A stretch of DNA of 64,000 nucleotides from an uncultured bacterium (GCA_963834265.1 CAWIAU010000001.1:263572-327571), one strand, 5' to 3'. Shown: positions 45,041-55,104, counted from the stretch's first letter. Program-made: numbers and translations. The notes: generated from the letters alone by a model not told the origin.

Positions 45041-46795
45041 ATGAGGTCTATTGAAGTCGAAGATACTATTACCGTCGGAACGCTTGCTGAAAAGCTCCAG
45101 ATACCGGTGACGAGCCTTATCGGTGAGCTGATGAAAAATGGTGTTATGGCTACCGTCAATGAACGGATTGACTACGACACCGCGACGATCATTGTAGAAG
45201 AACTGGCTCTGGAAGTTACGTTGGAGCACAAGAAAGCAGAAGTCGAATTTAAGCGTGAAAAGAGTAAAGCTTCTACAGAGGGCACCTCCCGCCCGCCCGT
45301 AGTAGCGGTCATGGGTCATGTTGATCACGGCAAAACATCACTTCTGGATGCTATTTGCGGCTCAAAGGTAGTCAGCGGTGAAGCAGGGGGGATTACTCAG
45401 CACATTTCTGCCTATCAGGTAAAACACGGAGATCGCCAGATTACTTTTCTCGATACCCCGGGCCACGAAGCTTTCGCGGCTATTCGCGAGCACGGCGCTC
45501 ATTTAACAGATGTGGTAATTATAGTTGTAGCTGCTGATGACGGTGTGATGCCTCAGACTATCGAAGCAATTCGTTTTGCCCGCAAGGCTGGTGTAAAGAT
45601 TGTGGTGGCTGTAAACAAGATTGATAAACCGGGTGCTGACAGTAATCAGATCAAGCAGCAGCTTTCTGAGCAGGAGTTGTTGATCGAAGAATGGGGTGGT
45701 GACACCGTAGTGGTAGAAGTTTCTGCCAAAACAAAACAGGGCATTGATAAGCTACTCGATATGGTGCTTCTGGTGGCCGATGTTGAAGATCTACGTGCAG
45801 AATCGACAGGACCGGGACGCGGTCTTATTATAGAAGCTCACATGGAGCAGGGCAGGGGGCCGGTCGGAGTAGCCCTTATTGAGTCCGGCACATTGTACAC
45901 CGGGGATTTTTTGGTAGCGGGGGCTACATATGCCAAAATCCGCAACCTTGAGACTACATCAGGACAGTCAATAAAGCAGGCTGGTCCGTCTGTGCCGGTC
46001 GTCATTACCGGCTTTAAGTCTCTTCCGGAATTCGGTGATGAGTTCGAAGCTTCTCCGAATGAGAAGGATGCGAGAGCTCTGGCGGCTCAAAATGCCGCGG
46101 GGCGTGAGCAAAATGGCAGCCACAAAGATATCAGCGGTGGCGAGCTTATCCGTATGATCAATCGCAAAAATCAGATCAACGAGCTCAATATTATTATCAA
46201 AGCTGATGCTCAGGGTTCCCTGACATCTGTGATTGATAGTCTGAAAGCTCTGGATACCGAAGATGTAGCCGTACGTGTCGTAGGTAGCGGGATAGGCAAT
46301 ATAACCGAAAAGGACACTCATCTGGCTGCGACCAGTAATGCTATTGTTTATGGCTTTAATGTCGAAGCATCTACAAGCATCAAACGACTGGCCAATCAGG
46401 ACAAAGTATCGATCCGGCTTTATAACGTTATATATGAACTTATAGATGATGCCAAAGCAGAGATGGCCCTGTTATTGCCTCCGGAAATTATAAGAACGGA
46501 ACTCGGCCGATTGCTCGTCAAAGGAATTTTCAAAATTACCAAAACAGAGGTCATTTGTGGCGGTGAAGTGACAAAAGGCAAGCTGGTAGTACCGGCCAGA
46601 GCTATCATACTGCGCGACGACAAACAGATAGCTGAAGTGGAGGTAGTAGTACTGAAGCGCGGACCGCAAGAAGTCAAAGAAGTTCTGACAGGTGAAATGT
46701 GCGGGGTCAGCTTCAAATCAGAGTCGCGGGTTGACTTGCAGGAAGGTGACCGGCTGGAGTTCTATACTGAAGAAACAGTTGCACGAACTTTATAA
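45041..46795 (+). CDS. infB: translation initiation factor IF-2 (short form)
   Basis: G domain with VVAVMGHVDHGKTSLLD, DTPGHEAF and NKID. The C-terminal domains are conserved. RBS GAGGAG. Confidence 0.95.
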   Translation: MRSIEVEDTITVGTLAEKLQIPVTSLIGELMKNGVMATVNERIDYDTATIIVEELALEVTLEHKKAEVEFKREKSKASTEGTSRPPVVAVMGHVDHGKTSLLDAICGSKVVSGEAGGITQHISAYQVKHGDRQITFLDTPGHEAFAAIREHGAHLTDVVIIVVAADDGVMPQTIEAIRFARKAGVKIVVAVNKIDKPGADSNQIKQQLSEQELLIEEWGGDTVVVEVSAKTKQGIDKLLDMVLLVADVEDLRAESTGPGRGLIIEAHMEQGRGPVGVALIESGTLYTGDFLVAGATYAKIRNLETTSGQSIKQAGPSVPVVITGFKSLPEFGDEFEASPNEKDARALAAQNAAGREQNGSHKDISGGELIRMINRKNQINELNIIIKADAQGSLTSVIDSLKALDTEDVAVRVVGSGIGNITEKDTHLAATSNAIVYGFNVEASTSIKRLANQDKVSIRLYNVIYELIDDAKAEMALLLPPEIIRTELGRLLVKGIFKITKTEVICGGEVTKGKLVVPARAIILRDDKQIAEVEVVVLKRGPQEVKEVLTGEMCGVSFKSESRVDLQEGDRLEFYTEETVARTL

Positions 46796-46833
46796 AGAGT
46801 ATATTGTTAAGAATAAATTCAAGTAGAATTGTA

Positions 46834-47466
46834 ATGATCGAGAATCAACGCAGCTCCGGCATAAATCAGGTAAGAGAAGAAAACTCGCTCGACAGAGAAT
46901 TTTTTAATCGGTGGATTCGTCGTAAACATGAGAATTCATTGGGCCGGGGAGTACTAATCGACAGAGAACTGCATAGCACGAAGCAAACCGGATCTGCCTC
47001 ACGCTTTTCACGTCTGTTGCACAGACTTGAAGTTAATCCGAAGGAACTTGCCAGGTCTCACAGGACCGGACATGCTGTCCTGGGAGGTGAGTTACGTATC
47101 AATCATGAGCCGGGCTCATCGACGGAGAACTCAGAGAAAGAATTAGATAACAGGGAAGAAGCGATATTTGATATCAGACACGAAGCGCTGGACTCTGCAT
47201 CGTACGCAGCGAAGCCGGTAACTTCTGATTTATCTGACGGAAAAGAAGGAGAAACGGTTTCAGCGTCGGCTCAAATACCAACAGCACTCTCCAGCATACT
47301 TGCTGACAAATCTTATACTCAGGCCAAAGAACCAACTGTTCCCATAGCTGAGCCTTCGCCGACGCCATTAGAAATGCTAAAAGACCACAAAGCATATATA
47401 ATTTATGGATTCCTGGCCGGCATCACGGCTATAGTTGTAGTCGTCGTATTTTCTCTGGCAAGATAG
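46834..47466 (+). CDS. hypothetical tail-anchored membrane protein
   Basis: ATG 46834, with TTG 46804 also possible. The only feature is a C-terminal TM segment YIIYGFLAGITAIVVVVVFSL. Confidence 0.5.
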   Translation: MIENQRSSGINQVREENSLDREFFNRWIRRKHENSLGRGVLIDRELHSTKQTGSASRFSRLLHRLEVNPKELARSHRTGHAVLGGELRINHEPGSSTENSEKELDNREEAIFDIRHEALDSASYAAKPVTSDLSDGKEGETVSASAQIPTALSSILADKSYTQAKEPTVPIAEPSPTPLEMLKDHKAYIIYGFLAGITAIVVVVVFSLAR

Positions 47467-47583
47467 CAGTTTGCTTTATATATTCTTTTATTAAAAAAGT
47501 ACTTGATTATTCTATGCTTTTATGCTTAAATGTATAAGTAAATAACAAAAACATAAAAATTACAGATTAAAGAAGTATCAATT

Positions 47584-50493
47584 ATGGACAATGATCCCGG
47601 GCATAATCCCAAAGTACCAGATTCAGACCCCATAACAGACGGGGCAGCTAATAATGATGCCCTGGATAAGGCTATTGATGCAGCAGATGCAGAGAGAGCT
47701 ACTAGTACCGGACAGGACCAGCCTGCGGAGCCCGGAAATTCTCCTTCGGTTCCGGATGCGAACAACAAGGATTCTGCCGGCGAGAAAGCAACAGCTTTTA
47801 CGCCTTATGATATGACCCGATCTCCGACTGCTTCAAGCGGAGGTACAGTTAAAGTAACAGCATCTGTGACAGAACCTAAGCCCAAATCAGGTGTCCGTAG
47901 GTTGCGTGAGCGTGTGCCCTCCGGTGTCAAAGCGGATCAGGATACTCCCCAAAGCCCGGCAATTCCGTCGCCGCCTCCCGGGCCAACCCCCAAACCATTG
48001 CCGGGCAATCAGGGTATAGCTCCTCCGCCGTCTCCTCCGGGAGGCCGCAGGGTTGTAGGGATAGGTAGTCGTGGACCCAGGGCTGATGATTCGCCGCCTC
48101 CGCCACCCCCGCCACCTACTCCTCCAAAAGACGCAGATCCCAAAACGCCGGGATCTCATATACTTCCGCCGCCACCCCAACCGCCTGCCCCAGGACCAGC
48201 CCCATCTGCAGTGAATCCATCCCGGTCCTCAGGGGCCACCCCCGGCCTGACCCCTCATGATCCTGGCTCATCACGATTTAGCGGCACGGGACTGAGGCCG
48301 TGGGAAAAAAAAGGTCTGATTGCTCCTCCTGCTCCGGCCCCATCACAAGGCGCTCCGAATCCAGCCTCAGCTCCTGCGCCCCCGCCTACAGGCAGTGTTA
48401 TTCCTCCATCTGCTATTCCCCCAAGGCAAAGGCCGCTAACCCAGCCACCCCCAGCCGTTCCTCCTCCAACCGGAAATCTCAACAGAGGAGGAGCTCCATC
48501 TCAGGGACCAAATACGCCTCCATCTCAAACTCAAAATGCGGTACATAATGCGCCAACACTTGTTCAAAACGCTGACCCCGGTATTCCTCAGCTTTCTCCC
48601 GATTTAGCGACTAGAACCATAAGTATAACTGAATTTACCGGCCCTGCGCCGGGAGATAGAGATACTCCGCCAAGCGATGCAGAACTTCATCTGGCGGCTG
48701 AATATTTATTTCAGGGCGAAAACGGACAGGATAATTTACGGGCGTATAAGCAAATCCATGAGAATTATGTCAAGCTAGCTACGAAACACGAGCGTGGTCT
48801 GGGAATGGGTGCTATAAGTGGTGGCTTCCGCAAGATGCTTAAGATGGGGGCTCCGACCCGCAAAGAAGTCCTGGAGGCAGGAAATGTGTATGATGAAGCA
48901 CGCCTGGAGATAAGTGAGATGCTTGCAGATACCCTGTTACAGGCAGGATACAGCCACAAGCAGGCTCAGGCTGCCGTCAGAAAACATGATGAATTCCAGG
49001 TATCTCTAACCGGAGACGGAATGAGGACAGAGGCTGAATCACGCGCCAGAGTAGAATACACTGATCCTAATCAAAAGCCCGGTTTTATAGGTATGAGACG
49101 AGCAAAATACTACCAATCTTATATGAAAGCAGGCAAAATTAAGAAAGCCGCTATGGTCGGCGCAATCGGCGTGCCTATAGGCGTAGGCGCAGCCCTCGTT
49201 ACGCCAGCCGTTGGCGCAGCTGCAGCAGTAGCGGGCGTGGTGGGAGCATCAAGATTTGCCAAAGGTATCTTAGGAGCGAAAGTTAATTCAGAAGTCGGAG
49301 CCGTTACAAGGGCTGAAGACCGTCGTATTCACCGTGAAGGCATTTCCCGACAACTAATCGATAGCCAGTATGCTGGTCGTACAGGAAATGCCGGCGATGA
49401 ATTATATAAACCGGCATCAAGCATAACAGAAGCCTTCTCAGCTGGCGTAATAGAGGCTGCAAATAAGAACCGCAAACACACAATATTCAGACTGGGTGCT
49501 ATAGCTGCATTTGGTAGTGCCGGCGCAGCAGCTGCAGACTACTTGTCTGATAATAGTGGTGAAATAAGCAATATTTATAATAGTACTGTGGGTGACGTAT
49601 TTGGTGGCGGAGACGGAAAATCCTCTGCAACTATCAACACTGAAGATCTGTCTGATTTAGGCGATACTTTCGATAATCTTAGCGAAAAATCCTTAGGACT
49701 TACTGATCAGGAAGCAGAAGCACAAGCCGCGGACGCGTCTGCTCCTGAAGCTTCTGCCGAAAACTCTTTTGGCGATAAGGAAAGACACTTCCAGAGAACA
49801 GGGTTTAATAATTCGTTGTTTGGCCTCTCAGGGGACGAAAACGGAGCCAATCGCATTCAGCTTCATCAGACAGGCGGCAATATGGTTACTCTCAGAGAGT
49901 TTAACGGAGACGATATTGTGGAGCTGGAGCTGGATCCCGACGGCGGATTTACCGATGAAGCCAAAAATAAGCTGGAAGACAAAGGTTTTAAACTCATCCC
50001 TGTTGAAGCAGGTGATAGCAAATCGCCAAACGGCCGATGGGATATTGTAGATGAGCGGACTGATGCACAGCGCGGAAGCTCGCAGGACAATTCTTCAGAC
50101 TCAGCTCCGCAAACTGGTGATAGCTCATCCGCACATGCGGGCAATGATTCCCAAACCGGTGCTGCCGATCAGGAATCTGCAGGAACTTCGACAGCCGACC
50201 AGGGCGAAGGACTAACCGGTACTGCGGATTCAGGTGCTGTATCCACTGGCAGTATTGCAAGTGATGGCCTGACCGGAGGTACTATTAACGAAACAGGCAC
50301 ATCCATTGGAAGGGGCAGCGGATTGACAGGAGGAACATCTTTCTCAAGACCCGATACAGACGGTTTGAGCGGTACTGTCAGTAAGCTTACTCCTGAACAG
50401 ATAAGATTAATTGAAGAACATGAAAGAAATCTCCGCGCGCGAATCGAAGAAGAAGCAGCTAAGGGCTTAGTCGGTACTGCGGGCAGCAGATAA
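47584..50493 (+). CDS. proline-rich membrane protein (969 aa), function unknown
   Basis: The promoter-like TTGATT-17-TTAAAT lies upstream. The N-terminal ~330 aa are Pro-rich (PPPPPPPPTPP). Central hydrophobic segments are AAMVGAIGVPIGVGAALVTPAVGAAAAVAGVVGA and LGAIAAFGSAGAAAA. The tail is acidic and Ser/Gly-rich. Confidence 0.7.
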   Translation: MDNDPGHNPKVPDSDPITDGAANNDALDKAIDAADAERATSTGQDQPAEPGNSPSVPDANNKDSAGEKATAFTPYDMTRSPTASSGGTVKVTASVTEPKPKSGVRRLRERVPSGVKADQDTPQSPAIPSPPPGPTPKPLPGNQGIAPPPSPPGGRRVVGIGSRGPRADDSPPPPPPPPTPPKDADPKTPGSHILPPPPQPPAPGPAPSAVNPSRSSGATPGLTPHDPGSSRFSGTGLRPWEKKGLIAPPAPAPSQGAPNPASAPAPPPTGSVIPPSAIPPRQRPLTQPPPAVPPPTGNLNRGGAPSQGPNTPPSQTQNAVHNAPTLVQNADPGIPQLSPDLATRTISITEFTGPAPGDRDTPPSDAELHLAAEYLFQGENGQDNLRAYKQIHENYVKLATKHERGLGMGAISGGFRKMLKMGAPTRKEVLEAGNVYDEARLEISEMLADTLLQAGYSHKQAQAAVRKHDEFQVSLTGDGMRTEAESRARVEYTDPNQKPGFIGMRRAKYYQSYMKAGKIKKAAMVGAIGVPIGVGAALVTPAVGAAAAVAGVVGASRFAKGILGAKVNSEVGAVTRAEDRRIHREGISRQLIDSQYAGRTGNAGDELYKPASSITEAFSAGVIEAANKNRKHTIFRLGAIAAFGSAGAAAADYLSDNSGEISNIYNSTVGDVFGGGDGKSSATINTEDLSDLGDTFDNLSEKSLGLTDQEAEAQAADASAPEASAENSFGDKERHFQRTGFNNSLFGLSGDENGANRIQLHQTGGNMVTLREFNGDDIVELELDPDGGFTDEAKNKLEDKGFKLIPVEAGDSKSPNGRWDIVDERTDAQRGSSQDNSSDSAPQTGDSSSAHAGNDSQTGAADQESAGTSTADQGEGLTGTADSGAVSTGSIASDGLTGGTINETGTSIGRGSGLTGGTSFSRPDTDGLSGTVSKLTPEQIRLIEEHERNLRARIEEEAAKGLVGTAGSR

Positions 50494-50534
50494 TGTGGTA
50501 CCATAAAATAAATAACAAAAAGGAATACTAAATC

Positions 50535-50879
50535 ATGTTTAACCTCGACAATAAATTTCTGGAAGAGTTAGGCCTGGGCAGTTTGCCTGAGGATGAAAAG
50601 AAGAAGATGCTGGATCATATCTATGAGACGCTCGAGATGCGTGTCGGTATGCAACTGGCTAGCGGGATGAGCGATGCTCAGCTTGACGAATTTGAATCCT
50701 TTATTAACAACAATGACGAAGAGGGCGCACTGCGCTGGCTCGAGACCAACTTCCCTAACTACAAACAGGTAGTTGCTGAGGAGCTGGAGAAGCTAAAAGG
50801 TGAGATACAGGCAGCTGCACCACAGATTCTGGCCGAGTCCGGCCAAAGCGCTCCGCCACCCGTTGCACCACAGGGCTAG
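50535..50879 (+). CDS. hypothetical helical protein (114 aa)
   Basis: RBS AAGGAA. ..LGLGSLPEDEKKKMLDHIYETLEMRVG..DAQLDEFE.. suggests a small acidic helical protein. It may belong to a DUF family, but I cannot name it with confidence. Confidence 0.6.
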   Translation: MFNLDNKFLEELGLGSLPEDEKKKMLDHIYETLEMRVGMQLASGMSDAQLDEFESFINNNDEEGALRWLETNFPNYKQVVAEELEKLKGEIQAAAPQILAESGQSAPPPVAPQG

Positions 50880-52045
50880 CTTGAGAATCTCAAAACTAAA
50901 ATTTGCCGGGGTCCTGTCAAACGGTCCGCCCCATCTTTGTGCTCGCCTACTGGCTGCGCGCTAAGATGGGTGCTGCCCCGCCGTTCGCCACCCCATTTTA
51001 TCGGTTTTGAGACTAGCGTTTTACAATTTATAACCGGAGAGAAATGCCTGTACGGGCATTTCTTTTTTCCTGCCGGTTGCAGACGAAGTATCTCAAGCGC
51101 TTGTTCACCGCAAAATACTATAAGACTATCCTTTGACGTACGATAAGATCCGGGTTTTCCCAATTCATCAGTCAGCTGCGCAGCAGTAATTATCAGATCA
51201 TACCCACCCAGGTTGACCCTGCTGCGTGGCCAGCCGGCAAAAGCCCGGACTTCCCGTTCAATCTGCAAGGCCGGTTTATGCCAGTCAATCAGACCGTCAG
51301 ATTTATCAATAAGAGTGCTGTAAGTAGCCTTGCTATGATCCTGCGTGACAGGTCTGGCGTTTTCATTCAGAACAGAGGGAATATGTTCAATGAGAAGATC
51401 CCCACCTGTTTGTAATAGCTGGTCGGCAAGCTCCTGCTTGGTTTCACTGCCGTTCAGAGATATTTTTTGCTGTGCGTACACGGGGCCGGCATCCATCTCT
51501 TCCACAAGGCCCATAAGCGAGACGCCGGTTTCCTGTGTCCCACTCAAAATTGCCTGTTCTATAGGCGTGGATCCGCGGTTCAGCGGTAATAGAGACGGAT
51601 GGATATTGATAATGCCCTGAGGAAATAATTCCAGAATTGACGCAGGAATGATCCTGCCATAAGCAACCAGAATCCCGATCCGGGCCTCGTAGCTGCGTAG
51701 CTGGTCGATGATATCACTCGGATTGTCCGGTGTCAGAAGGGTAATGTTGTGAGCGGCAGCGATATCGGCAATTTCCAGCTGTCGGGCAGCGCGGGATTGG
51801 CCTGTTTCGTAGTTTGCTATAACCGCAACTACATCATAGCCGCTTCCCAGGAGTTTTTGCAGAGTCGGCGCACCGGTTGTTACTCCGGTCGCCAGCCGTT
51901 CATTACCAAAAAATACGATCGATGGCTTGTGAGGATGAGTCCTGGATTGTATACCTGTGCCTGACGGCTGCAACGAAGCATAATTCTCCGCAGCGTAACT
52001 ACGGTTAGGCTTTGTCGAATTCTGCTGGTTTCGCTCGCCAATCAT
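50876..52045 (-). CDS. fmt: methionyl-tRNA formyltransferase (3' end probably frameshifted; likely true stop at 51021-51023)
   Basis: Motifs IVFFGNERLA.., INIHPSLLPLNRGSTPIEQAIL and LRLQPAGKK. The gene starts 3 nt after the def stop. The last 61 codons look non-native (see finding). Confidence 0.9.
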   Translation of the reverse strand: MIGERNQQNSTKPNRSYAAENYASLQPSGTGIQSRTHPHKPSIVFFGNERLATGVTTGAPTLQKLLGSGYDVVAVIANYETGQSRAARQLEIADIAAAHNITLLTPDNPSDIIDQLRSYEARIGILVAYGRIIPASILELFPQGIINIHPSLLPLNRGSTPIEQAILSGTQETGVSLMGLVEEMDAGPVYAQQKISLNGSETKQELADQLLQTGGDLLIEHIPSVLNENARPVTQDHSKATYSTLIDKSDGLIDWHKPALQIEREVRAFAGWPRSRVNLGGYDLIITAAQLTDELGKPGSYRTSKDSLIVFCGEQALEILRLQPAGKKKCPYRHFSPVINCKTLVSKPIKWGGERRGSTHLSAQPVGEHKDGADRLTGPRQILVLRFSS

Positions 52046-52048
52046 CGG

Positions 52049-52639
52049 CTATCCAATCTCAGGACTTTTCCACAAGACATCGTTTGTCCTGATGTCTTTT
52101 TCATAATCGAGTGGTTTAAGGCTCCCGTCTTCTTGCAATTTGTAGAAAGCTTCCGGGTTATCTTTGATGTGATCAATAAATACTATGCCTTTAGTGTGGT
52201 CTGTTTCGTGCTGAAAGACCCGGGCCAGAAAGCCCTCGGCCGTCAGACGGATTTCTTTGCCTTTGATATCCTGAGCCTTCACGCGCACTTTGGTATGGCG
52301 GGGAACTTTGCCATAGACATTTTTGATGCTCAGGCAACCTTCGTAATCTTCTTCTATTTCTCCTTCCAGCTTGGTTATTTCGGGATTTATGAAAATCTGA
52401 AAAGTACGGTCTGTCTTGTCGTTGAAATTATTGCGTATGATTACTACACGCTCCATGCTATCGATCTGAACGGCCGCTAAGGCTACACCGATTTCATGGT
52501 CGCGTGAATCTTCCCAGTCAAGCGTAGCCGACTCCATATCTTTGATTAACTGATGGGTGGTATCCGTAATTATAGCTACGCGTCTGGAACGCTCACGTAG
52601 ATGTTTGTCGGGCAAAGTGATGATATCTTTGTGCGTCAT
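52049..52639 (-). CDS. def: peptide deformylase
   Basis: The three deformylase motifs are present: GVALAAVQI, EGCLSI and HETDH. Confidence 0.93.
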   Translation of the reverse strand: MTHKDIITLPDKHLRERSRRVAIITDTTHQLIKDMESATLDWEDSRDHEIGVALAAVQIDSMERVVIIRNNFNDKTDRTFQIFINPEITKLEGEIEEDYEGCLSIKNVYGKVPRHTKVRVKAQDIKGKEIRLTAEGFLARVFQHETDHTKGIVFIDHIKDNPEAFYKLQEDGSLKPLDYEKDIRTNDVLWKSPEIG

Positions 52640-52733
52640 GGATTTATTAGAGTATAGAGCATTTTCGAATTTTCAGGTACAAAACGCAGGACACTGACAT
52701 ACTGTTTTCAGAAACCGTCCTTAGTAACAAAGA

Positions 52734-54680
52734 TTAAAGGAGATGGCCCGGGTCGATATCAGCGGGAGTATTGCCCGGCAGAGTTCCGGCTATTTCGACA
52801 AGGACGGCGCGGTTTTTGGCCTTTATAATGAGCTGCCAGTGCCATTTATCTCCGTGTTTTTCGATAAAACCGGGGGAGGGTCCGACTATCTGTATGCCGG
52901 CGTGTGAATTCTGTATGGCGGCAGCTAGTTTTTCGGCGGCGTTTTTGGCACTAATGCGCGACTTGCGGGCAATATGTATTTTCATGACATGGAAGAACGG
53001 GGGAAAGCCAAATGATTTTCGCTGTGCCAGCTGGACAGTATAGAACTCTTCCCATAAGCCTTTCATAGCTGCCAGAACAGTAGTATTCCCGGGATCAAAT
53101 GTCTGTACGACGGCATGCCCCGGCCGGTGTCCGCGGCCGACCCGTCCCAGCAGCTGGTGAATAATCTGATAAGATTGTTCCTCAGCAGTATAGTCAGGAA
53201 AAATTAATCCGGTTTCGGCCAGCAAAATGCCAACCAGGCTCAGATTTGGCAGGTCATGGCCTTTGGTCAGGAGCTGAGTGCCGACCAGTATATCTATCGA
53301 TCCGTCTTTGACCTCAGCATGACGGGCTTCCAGCCGGTCAGCTTTTTTGTTATCTTTGTCGAACCTGGCAATCCGGGCCTGCGGAAAGAGGGATTTCAGG
53401 AATTCTGTGACTGCTTTGGTACCCGGACTTTTGAACAATATATCATTGGACCTGCATGACGGGCAGCTGGTCGGCGTCTGGTCTGATAATCCGCAGGTGT
53501 GGCAGTTGAGCAGGTGAGTATCCGCATGGTACACAAGGGGCAGATCACAGCGCGGGCATTGTGCCTGCCAGCCGCATGACTGGCAAACTATGGCTCTTGC
53601 ACTGCCTCTTTTGTTCAGGAATATCATCGATTGTTCTCCGCGGACCAGACAGGCAGTAAGCTCACGGATAAGTGTGTTGCTGATAAGAGGGTATCTGGTC
53701 CGCTCTTTCGAATCCGCCAGATCAACTATATAAGAGGTGATTTCGGTTTTGGCAGTTTGTTGTAATGCGGGTTTGAGTATCATCCGCAGGACAGGAATTT
53801 TCTTCTGCTGAGCGAAATAATATTCGCTGATAGAGGGGGTTGCTGAACCTAATATAAGCTTTGCCTTATGTATTGCAGCTAATTTGCCCGCAACCCTCAG
53901 CGCCTGATAATAAGGTGTATTCTCCTGCTTGTATGCCTGGTCGTGAAACTCATCGATCACTATAAGCCCTGTGCTATAGAGTGGCATGAATAATGCTGAG
54001 CGCGGACCGATTAATATGCGGGGTTGCCGGGTTTTTATCAGATCCAGCCAAAGCAGCTTGCGTTGCACTGGCGTGAGAGATGAGTGTGTCAGACTCACCA
54101 GATCACCAAATACATTTGTGAATCTATCGACAAGCTGTGGAGTCAAAGCGATTTCCGGCGTTAATATCAATACTGATTTGCCATCTTTTACAGCTTTTTT
54201 AGCTAGTTCTATATATAATCTAGTTTTTCCGCTGCCTGTTTCGCCGTGTACAAGGAATGATCCGGATTCCCGGTCGTTGATATAGCTCAAAGCTTCTTCC
54301 TGTTCCTGACTCAAAGATGGCAAAATAGCATGCTCGGATGATTCTGTAGCATGTGAAACCGGTACTTTGGAGTCAACAGATAAGTTGTCAGGCAAAAATT
54401 GCCCGGCCAATATCCCGGCCGGTCCGGGATAGTAGCTTTGCAGCCAATAAAAAAGCTCAAGACCTGACGCGGGAAGAATCAGTTCTTCAAAAACTTTATC
54501 GACAGGACGGGCTGCAAATCCGGGCTTACTGACTTTGGCCATAACAAAGCCTGTAACTTTGAGTCCCCGTATATCTATCACGACTACCTGTCCTGTTTTG
54601 AGAGTCTGCTCAGAGCTGTAAGTCAGACCCCCGGAACCATGATATTTGTTGGTGGCCGGCATAACCTCGTAATACTGCAT
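52734..54680 (-). CDS. priA: primosomal protein N' (replication restart helicase)
   Basis: Walker A GETGSGKT, DEFHD box, Cys-rich zinc insertion CQSCGWQAQCPRCDLPLVYH..CHTCG..CPSCRS, and GRVGRG. Confidence 0.93.
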   Translation of the reverse strand: MQYYEVMPATNKYHGSGGLTYSSEQTLKTGQVVVIDIRGLKVTGFVMAKVSKPGFAARPVDKVFEELILPASGLELFYWLQSYYPGPAGILAGQFLPDNLSVDSKVPVSHATESSEHAILPSLSQEQEEALSYINDRESGSFLVHGETGSGKTRLYIELAKKAVKDGKSVLILTPEIALTPQLVDRFTNVFGDLVSLTHSSLTPVQRKLLWLDLIKTRQPRILIGPRSALFMPLYSTGLIVIDEFHDQAYKQENTPYYQALRVAGKLAAIHKAKLILGSATPSISEYYFAQQKKIPVLRMILKPALQQTAKTEITSYIVDLADSKERTRYPLISNTLIRELTACLVRGEQSMIFLNKRGSARAIVCQSCGWQAQCPRCDLPLVYHADTHLLNCHTCGLSDQTPTSCPSCRSNDILFKSPGTKAVTEFLKSLFPQARIARFDKDNKKADRLEARHAEVKDGSIDILVGTQLLTKGHDLPNLSLVGILLAETGLIFPDYTAEEQSYQIIHQLLGRVGRGHRPGHAVVQTFDPGNTTVLAAMKGLWEEFYTVQLAQRKSFGFPPFFHVMKIHIARKSRISAKNAAEKLAAAIQNSHAGIQIVGPSPGFIEKHGDKWHWQLIIKAKNRAVLVEIAGTLPGNTPADIDPGHLL

Positions 54681-54880
54681 AGTATTATCAGTATAGCCTC
54701 CGTAATATCAAATACCTCTATTTGAGAGGATGAATCTTTTCGTCAAAAGCTTTTATTTCTGACTAAAACATAGCTCCTGATACATTGCAGGAGAAGTAAA
54801 AGCTTCAGATAGCACGAGGCGCGAATAAATCACAGGCATTTCATATTACGGATGCTAAATAGTCTTTGGACAATATGTCC

Positions 54881-54909
54881 TTGAAATGTTGTGACCATCG
54901 GCGTATACT
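54881..54909 (+). promoter_or_regulatory. candidate promoter
   Basis: TTGAAA (54881-54886), a 17-nt spacer, then TATACT (54904-54909). Confidence 0.5.
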
Positions 54910-54915
54910 AAAGCG

Positions 54916-55095
54916 TTGTTAGAGTAACATCGGGTTTCGTACTTTTCCGTTGATAACAGATTGCTCCTGGCTTGAGCGAAAACTCCCGGAGTGGTGGAGA
55001 GGTAGCCATAGCTACATCATCAACAGATCGGGAGTTTGCAGCCAGCTGGGTGCGATGTGGGGCAACTGAAAAGTACGAAACCCGATGTAAACATC
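54916..55095 (+). ncRNA. candidate structured RNA or leader: ~180-nt imperfect hairpin with a 20-bp perfect closing stem
   Basis: 54927-54946 (ACATCGGGTTTCGTACTTTT) is the exact reverse complement of 55069-55088. Inner helices are AAACTCCCG/CGGGAGTTT and CTGGCT/AGCCAG. The apical hairpin is GTAGC-CATA-GCTAC. Confidence 0.4.
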
Positions 55096-55104
55096 GAAAA
55101 ACTT

